A stretch of DNA of 64,000 bases, taken from NCBI GenBank assembly GCA_964016885.1, contig OZ024766.1, positions 17,856,001-17,920,000 of the forward strand. Reading direction: 5' to 3'. This stretch comes from Eledone cirrhosa (Eukaryota). A program made the position numbers and the translations under genes. The notes under the pieces were generated by a model, which was not told the DNA's origin, did no database searches, and worked only from the letters and a program-made list of their open reading frames with translations. Below, one piece after another: positions 57,096-64,000 of this stretch; within the stretch, counting starts at the first letter, position 1; each line of letters starts with the position of its first letter.

Positions 57096-57105
57096 CCATA
57101 TATGG
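57096..57105. promoter_or_regulatory. CArG box CCATATATGG
   Basis: Minus-strand context TTGACCATATATGGAAGT; GATA-like cttatca and agataa nearby. Confidence 0.4.
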
Positions 57106-57221
57106 TCAAAGAGATAATCACCAGGATTGGTCACATTACAAGTTAGTAGTAAATCTGTGATGGCAAGTTGGTGGGGAAAGGGGTAGCTAAACCTACCAGG
57201 TTCCTTACCACATTTCCTTCG

Positions 57222-57287
<66 letters not shown>

Positions 57288-57437
57288 ATACTTTGGGAGG
57301 GTCATGTTGCCAATAAGAAACACACGCACCAGTTGCTTTAACTCCAATTTATTATAAATTAAATTTATATATTTAAGAATTTATAAATTTCCGGTTGGTT
57401 GGTTGGTTCCACAACCGGAGACGGTTGTTCATATATT

Positions 57438-57480
57438 GTCAAAGTTCTTTCGTCACACATTCTGTGACCTCTTCAGTGAC
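57438..57480 (-). ncRNA. Minimal hammerhead (family P1)
   Basis: Minus strand GTCA-CTGAAGA-gGTCACA-gaatg-TGTGAC-GAAA-GAAC-TT-TGAC; a core-mutated copy (CAGAAGA) lies at 56800-56842. Confidence 0.65.
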
Positions 57481-57556
57481 TGGGGATTCTTTTCTTTGTT
57501 TTTGTGCCTCTCCTTTGTTCTGCCCTACGCCATCTTGTTCATCAAATTCAGAAACG

Positions 57557-57625
<69 letters not shown>

Positions 57626-58158
57626 AGAGTATTAAAGTTTGCTTGAAGCATTGTGGAACAATATGTAAATATCTTTAAGTCGTTTGGAAGCCTCGACAAT
57701 GCAAATGGGTAAATCTCCGGGTAACAAGGTCCGGTGGTGGAGAGAGAGATGTAAGTGGGTGTACGTTGAGATGCGTGGTGTGTATAAGATGTGTGAGATG
57801 TGTAGAATGAAGGGAAGAGTATAAAGGATAAAATAAAAATAACAACACAAGAGAGAGTTACCTTGGGAGAGATTTAATAGTCTCTATATATTTCGGATTC
57901 ACATCCATCAACTGGGTTTTTTTTCCGGGGTGGGGGAAAAGGTTGTCTATCGGACAAGTCCGGAATGCGTCCTTCGCTGTTTGTTGTTTTGAATATCTAT
58001 ACATATATATAGTCTATCAATGTTCTTTTGTTATATATACAACACATATATTTATACACATAAATTATTTGTTTGCTAAAATAATAAAATTAATTTAATT
58101 CAACAGTTAAACACACATAGGAATAATGAGGTTGTTACCAAAGGGCCAGAAGTTTGAC

Positions 58159-58613
58159 AAGTCGACCCTAAATATTACTAATAGCTCTAGGAAAGCCATG
58201 AACAACACCACATCTTAACTTTGATTTTGAAAGTAGGTTTATAATTATCAATTTTCATTATACTTTTGTAGCTGTCTCGGTGGCCTAGTTGGAGGAATCA
58301 TAGACTGTAGTGATCCAGGTCTGAAGTTCAATCCAGGTCTGAAGTGGGGTTTGGTTTCCGGTAAACTTTTTCAGTTTTTTTCTATGGGATGTAAAATAAA
58401 AACTGAAAAAGTTTGCATGTACTTCCTGACCAGGATTGAACCCCAGACCAGGATCTCCACTGTCTCTAGTACCTACCGCTAGGCCACAGAGACAACTACG
58501 AAAATCTTATGAAGATTCATACTTATAAACCTACTTTCAAAATTTTCAAAACAAAGTGTTGTGGTGTCGTTCATGCCTTTCTTAATGTTATTGCTCCTAC
58601 TTAAGGTTGACTT
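58159..58613. mobile_element. Imperfect ~220-bp-arm foldback containing two convergent tRNA-like units
   Basis: Arm pairs aagtcgacc/ggttgactt, tttgaaagtaggtttataa/ttataaacctactttcaaa and aaactttttcagttttt/aaaaactgaaaaagttt; A/B boxes in each arm. Confidence 0.7.
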
Positions 58614-58828
58614 CTAAATCATTTGGGTGTTCCATAAACTACATCCTTGTTTTGTTTCTCGTCTATCTAGACTATATTTTAACCTGTAATCCATGTTTCA
58701 TTTCTGCTGCACCTCATTTCCCCTCCCCACACCTCTCTCTGTGATATTTGAATCTACTATGATTTGGGCTTACTTTATTCATATATATATGTTTTTGCAT
58801 GTCAGTTTCAAACTTACAATGATTTGCG

Positions 58829-58984
<156 letters not shown>

Positions 58985-59015
58985 AGATCAAAAGATGGTT
59001 AAATGAGTTCCATGT

Positions 59016-59084
59016 ATTTTATTATGCGCATTTCAAAAACAAATATCATCATGCAATAATATTTGTGTTTTCATCAGATAAAAC
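59016..59084 (-). ncRNA. Minimal hammerhead, left arm
   Basis: GTTTTAT-CTGATGA-long helix [21 protein letters not shown]. Confidence 0.7.
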
Positions 59085-59422
59085 AGGAGGACATGATATG
59101 AAGGTTAAAAACACTTGTGGATAGTGCAGTTTTAAATCAACATATATATATATATATATATTTATATATGTGTGTGTGTGTGTATGTATAAATATATATA
59201 TATATATATGTATATATAAATATATATATGTATATGTGTATATATATTTATATATACATATATATATATATATTTATATATGTGTGTGTGTGTGTATGTA
59301 TAAATATATATATATATATATGTATATATAAATATATATATGTATATATATATATATATATATATGTTGATTTAAAACTGCACTATCCACAAGTGTTTTT
59401 AACCTTCATATCATGTCCTCCT

Positions 59423-59491
59423 ATTTTATCTGATGAAAACACAAATGTTATTGCATGATGATATTTGTTTTTGAAATGCGCATAATAAAAT
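59423..59491 (+). ncRNA. Minimal hammerhead, right arm
   Basis: ATTTTAT-CTGATGA-aaacaCAAATGTTAT..ATGATATTTGttttt-GAAA-TGCGCA-TA-ATAAAAT; 7-bp helix I, palindromic helix III ATGCGCAT, AUA site. Confidence 0.72.
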
Positions 59492-59774
59492 ACATGGAAC
59501 TCATTTAACTATCTTTTGATCTTATATTATGTATACTCCAGTCCTACAAACTGTAGAGTGCTTCTTATCCGATATCTGCATTGCTTTATTGTACTACAAT
59601 AAAACTCACCTCCTACATATATATATGTATATATATATATATATAACGGAGGAAATGTGGTAAGGAACCAGGTGGACCATAACGCACCAAAGTACTCAAT
59701 ACTTAGGGTAGTAGAGTGGGTAATAGTAATGAGTAGGACCCCGACGGCTGAGCTCAAGCCGTTTCGACGGCTTG

Positions 59775-60105
59775 AGTACTTACCACTAGGCCATGGAGAC
59801 AACTACGAAAATCTTATGAAAATTCATACTTATAAACCTACTTTCAAAATTTTCAAAACAAAGTGTTGTGGTGTCGTTCATGCCTTTCTTAATGTTATTG
59901 CTACTACTTAAGGTCGACTTCTAAATCATTTGGGGTGTTCCATAAACTACATCCTCCTTTTGTTTCTCGTCTATCTAGACTATATTTTAACCTGTAATCC
60001 ATGTTTCATTTCTGCTGCACCTCATTTCCCCTCCCCACACCTCTCTCTGTGATATTTGAATCTACTGTGATTTGGGCTTACCTTATACATGTTTTCCCAT
60101 GTCAG
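59775..60105 (+). repeat. Direct duplication of ~58470-58805
   Basis: ctaggcca..gagacaactacgaaaatcttatg...ctctctctgtgatatttgaatctact shared by both. Confidence 0.85.
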
Positions 60106-60225
60106 TTAGTATATATATATATATGTATATATATATATACACACCCCCCTTCAACACTAATTGATTTGACAGATGTCTTTAACCCATTAATACCAAATAC
60201 TATTTAGTCAGTAATTCTAATGTAA

Positions 60226-60267
<42 letters not shown>

Positions 60268-60945
60268 ATCTAAGGAGGGTGAAATTCTCGAGATCCATGG
60301 ACGAGTTCTCTCCAGTGGTCTCTGTCCCTCATTATCGCTGCCATGTCCTGCGTCTCCAACAGACCAGTGTCTGTCCTAAGGGCATCAACATACGTTAACC
60401 TTGGTCTTCCTCTTCTAGTGTGACCATGCAGGGGCTCCCACAGGAGCACTGAGTGCAGTGCCAACTCTGGATGTCGGTGAGCATGTCCAGCTAACCTCAG
60501 TCTCCCTCTTCCAGTGTGTCCATGTAGGGGCTCCCATAGGAGCACTGAGTGCAGTGTCAACTCTGGATGTCGGTGAACATGTCCAGCTAACCTCAGTCTC
60601 CCTCTTTTAGTGTGTCCATGTAGGGGCTCCCACAGGAGCACTGAGTGCAATGTCAACTCTGGATGTCGGTGAGCATGTCCAGCTAACCTCAGTCTCCCTC
60701 TTCCAGTGTGTCCATGTAGGGGTTCCCCAAAGGAGCACTGAGTGCAGTGTCAACTCTGGATGTCGGTGAGCATGTCCAGCTAACCTCAGTCTCCCTCTTC
60801 CAGTGTGTCCATGTAGGGGCTCCCAAAGGAGCACTGAGTGCAGTGTCAACTCTGGATGTCGGTGAGCATGTCCAGCTAACCTCAGTCTCCTCTGTGTCAC
60901 TTTTGAGCTGACTTTTGGGAGGCTCCCATACAGCTCTGTACAATT
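60268..60945 (-). mobile_element. RTE-X-like LINE 3' end with ~5 x 96-bp tandem
   Basis: ORFs 60270-60656 and 60607-61008: ELYGSLPKVSSKVTQRRLRLAGH...GRPRLTYVDALRTDTG. Confidence 0.88.
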
Positions 60946-60955
60946 ATATATATAA

Positions 60956-61148
60956 GTGCACTGCATTTGCAGTATCGGTAGAGGGTCGGACGCCATGCTT
61001 TGCAGCATAGAGTTACGGCCCTTGCCATTCTAAGTTAAAAATCCCGCCGAGTTTAACTTTGCCTTTCATCCTTACGGGGTCGATAAAATAAAGTACCAGT
61101 AATACACTGGGGTATTTACTGGCCTTGTGCCAAAAAGTAGAAATAATT
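60956..61148 (+). mobile_element. SINE family B
   Basis: Similar to 2242-2430. Confidence 0.75.
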
Positions 61149-61273
61149 ATATATATATACATATATACACACACACATAATATATATATATATATATATA
61201 CACACACACTTGTTCATTGATACTTTATACATACATACCAATTTAGGACCAGGCGTAAGTGTGTATGTCCGTA

Positions 61274-61338
<65 letters not shown>

Positions 61339-61700
61339 TACACATATATATATATATATACATATATACACAGCATATATATATATATATATATACATAT
61401 ATACACACACATATATATATATAAATATATATACATATATACAGACATATATATATATATATATATACATATATACACACACACATATATATATATATAC
61501 ATACATATATACACAGCATATATATACATATATACACATATATACAGTATATATACATACATATATATACATCTAGAGTATATATATATCAAGTATCAAA
61601 TATCTGTATAAAGCATAGAAAGCAGTTAGAGAAAAGCCTAAAGAGTTAGGAATATTTGAGAAAAGGGGTGGCGGTGGACTGTGATATGGAATAGGAGGGC

Positions 61701-61735
<35 letters not shown>

Positions 61736-62020
61736 TGTGTGTTTGTGTGTGTGTATGGGTGTTTGTGTGTGTGTGTCTGTGTGTGTGTGTTTGTGTGTGT
61801 GTGTGTATGTGTGTGTTTGTGTGTGTTTGTGTATGGGTGTGTATGGGTGTGTATGGGTGTGTGTGTGTATGGGTGTGTGTGTGTTTGTGTGTGTGTGTGT
61901 TTGTGTGTGTGTGTTTGTGTGTGTATGGGTGTGTGTGTGTGTGTGTATGGGTGCGTGTGTTTGTGTGTGTGTATGGGTGTGTGTGTGTATGTGTTTGTGT
62001 GTATGGGTGTGTGTGTGTAT

Positions 62021-62062
<42 letters not shown>

Positions 62063-63594
62063 GTGTGTGTGTGTGTGTTTTTTTTTTGTTTTTGTTTTTT
62101 TACACAAGCCTGTTGAAACCAGTTCAAAGCGGTCGGTACAGCATTGCACTGAACCAAGCTTGAAGTGAGATGGTAATAGATGAAGATTTTGAAGATTTCT
62201 GCTGTGGTGGTGGTGGTGTGGTGGTGGTGGTGTGTTGGTGGTGGTGTGTTGGTGGTGGTGGTGTATAGTGGTGTGGTGGTGGTGGTGGTGGTGTGTGGTG
62301 TTGTAGTAGTGGTGGTGGTGGTGTATAGTGGTGTGGTGGTGGTGGTGGTGTGTAGTGGTGGTGGTGGTGGTGGTGTGTTGGTGGTGGTGGTGTGGTGGTG
62401 GTGGTGTGTGGTGTGTGGTGTTGGTGGTGGTGGTGTTGTAGTAGTGGTGGTGGTGGTGTATAGTGGTGTGGTGGTGGTGGTGGTGTGTAGAGGTGGTGGT
62501 GGTGGTGTTGGTGGTGGTGTGTGTAGTGATGGTGGTGTTGTAGTGGTGGTGTGGTGGTGGTGTGTAGTGGTGGTGGTGGTGGTGGTGGTGTGTAGTGGTG
62601 GTGTGGTGGTGGTGTGTAGTGGTGGTGGTGGTGGTGTTGTAGTAGTGGTGGTGTGTTGGTGGTGGTTTGGTGGTGTTGTTGGTGGTGGTGGTGTGTTGGT
62701 GGTGTTGGTGGTGGTGTTGTGGTGGTGGTGGTGGTGGTGTTGGTGTTGGTGTTGTAGTAGTTGTGGTGTTGGTGGTGTGTAGTGATGATGGTGGTGGGGG
62801 TGGTGTTGTAGTGGTGGTGGTGATGGTGTGTAGTGGTGGTGGTGGTCGTGGTGTTGGTGGTGGTGTGTAGTGGTGGTGGTGATGGTGGTGGTGGTGATGG
62901 TGGCATGTCTTGGGTGGGGGTGGCGGTGTAGTGTGTAGCGGGGAAGACTGGCTACTGTTTGTATTGGTGGTGGTAGTGGTGTTGGTGGTGGTGGTGAATT
63001 GTTGGTACAGATGAATGTATAGTGGTGGTAGTGGTGGGGGTGGTGGGGGTGTTTATTAAAATGAATGTAATTGTAGTAGTAGTAGTAGTGGTGGTGGTGG
63101 TGTGGTGTTGGTGGTGGTGTGGTGGTGGTGGTGGTGTGGTGGTGGTGGTGTTATTGGTATTTGTGAAGATGTGGTGGTGGTAATTTGATATTTGGTGTGA
63201 CTGACAATGATGGTGGTGGTGGTGGTGATGGTGGTGTTGGTGGTGGTGGTGGTGTTGGTGGTGGTGATGGTGGTGTAGTGGTGTGTAGTGTTGATGGTGG
63301 TGGTGTTGGTGGTGGTGGTGATGGTGATGATGGTGGTGGTGATGATGGTGATGGTGGTGGTGGTGATATCTGCTAGGTAACTACATGGAGGAATTCCGTA
63401 ATTTAGAATTTACTTTGACGTCACAGTGGTGTTGTTGTTGTTGCTGCTGTTGTTCTTGTTGGTGGTGTATGTCAGGTTTACTAAAACTGGTTGTCCTTCC
63501 TAACGCCCACAACTTTACAGAGTGTACTGGGTGTATTTTGTCGTGACACCAACACTACCACTTTACAGAGTGTACTGGGTGTGTTTATAGTGTA

Positions 63595-64000
63595 GACAAA
63601 AAGTACCCAGTCCACACTGTAAAGTGGTCATGTAGGTGTCACAACAAAAAGTACCCAGTCCACACTGTAAAGTGGTCATGTAGGTGTCACAACAAAAAGT
63701 ACCCAGTCCACACTGTAAAGTGGTCATGTAGGTGTCACAACAAAAAGTACCCAGTCCACACTGTAAAGTGGTCATGTAGGTGTCACAACAAAAAGTACCC
63801 AGTCCACACTGTAATGTGGTCATGTAGGTGTCACAACAAACAGCACCCAGTCCACACTGTAAAGTGGTTGTGTAGGTGTCACAACAAAAAGTACCCAGTC
63901 CACACTGTAAAGTGGTCATGTAGGTGTCACAACAAAAAGTACCCAGTCCACACTGTAAAGTGGTCATGTAGGTGTCACAACAAAAAGTACCCAGTCCACA
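63595..64000 (-). repeat. 48-bp minisatellite (same unit as 6487-8190), runs off the window end
   Basis: Unit acaaaaagtacccagtccacactgtaaagtggtcatgtaggtgtcaca. Confidence 0.95.

Larger units (their letters stand above)
55745..57560. mobile_element. Cluster of family P1 element copies in both orientations, with P2 and SINE fragments interleaved
   Basis: Repeated ttgttatactttgggagggtcatgttgccaataagaaacacacgcacc and its reverse complement, separated by (TA)n. Confidence 0.8.

Noticed and set aside
57878-57915. Minus-strand GGAT-gtga-ATCC-GAAA-TATATA-GAGACT resembling a PLE hammerhead
   Set aside because: The CUGANGA core is incomplete and there is no helix I partner
63416-63423. Perfect CRE palindrome TGACGTCA
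   Set aside because: About one such 8-mer is expected by chance in 64 kb; no supporting promoter context

Overview
Eukaryotic, AT-rich and almost entirely repetitive DNA. The (TA)n/(CA)n seas, tRNA-derived SINEs and RTE/CR1 LINE fragments suggest an animal genome, probably an octopus or other cephalopod (inference). No intact protein-coding gene is supported; the long ORFs are artefacts of tandem repeats. The main result is a set of type I hammerhead ribozyme (HHR) motifs. A near-identical 470-bp tandem array (92-2218, ~4.5 copies) carries one complete minimal HHR per unit with a palindromic helix III, matching the architecture of a non-LTR retrozyme whose transcript could self-process into 470-nt monomers or circRNA. 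About ten more HHR motifs from several unrelated families lie in (TA)n-flanked islands, including a divergent inverted pair and one next to a decayed Penelope-like ORF. A second theme is that most minisatellites are internal retroelement segments amplified in place: three different RTE-clade LINEs amplified across the same RLRWxGH-coding segment (80, 96 and 99 bp units), a CR1 (61 bp) and a SINE (49 bp, 1 to ~44 copies). Also present are a 9-kb 30-bp satellite with a ~2.3-kb higher-order repeat, convergent tRNA-like units in a foldback, and three identical CArG boxes in unique islands. All structures were folded by eye and none has been tested by computation.
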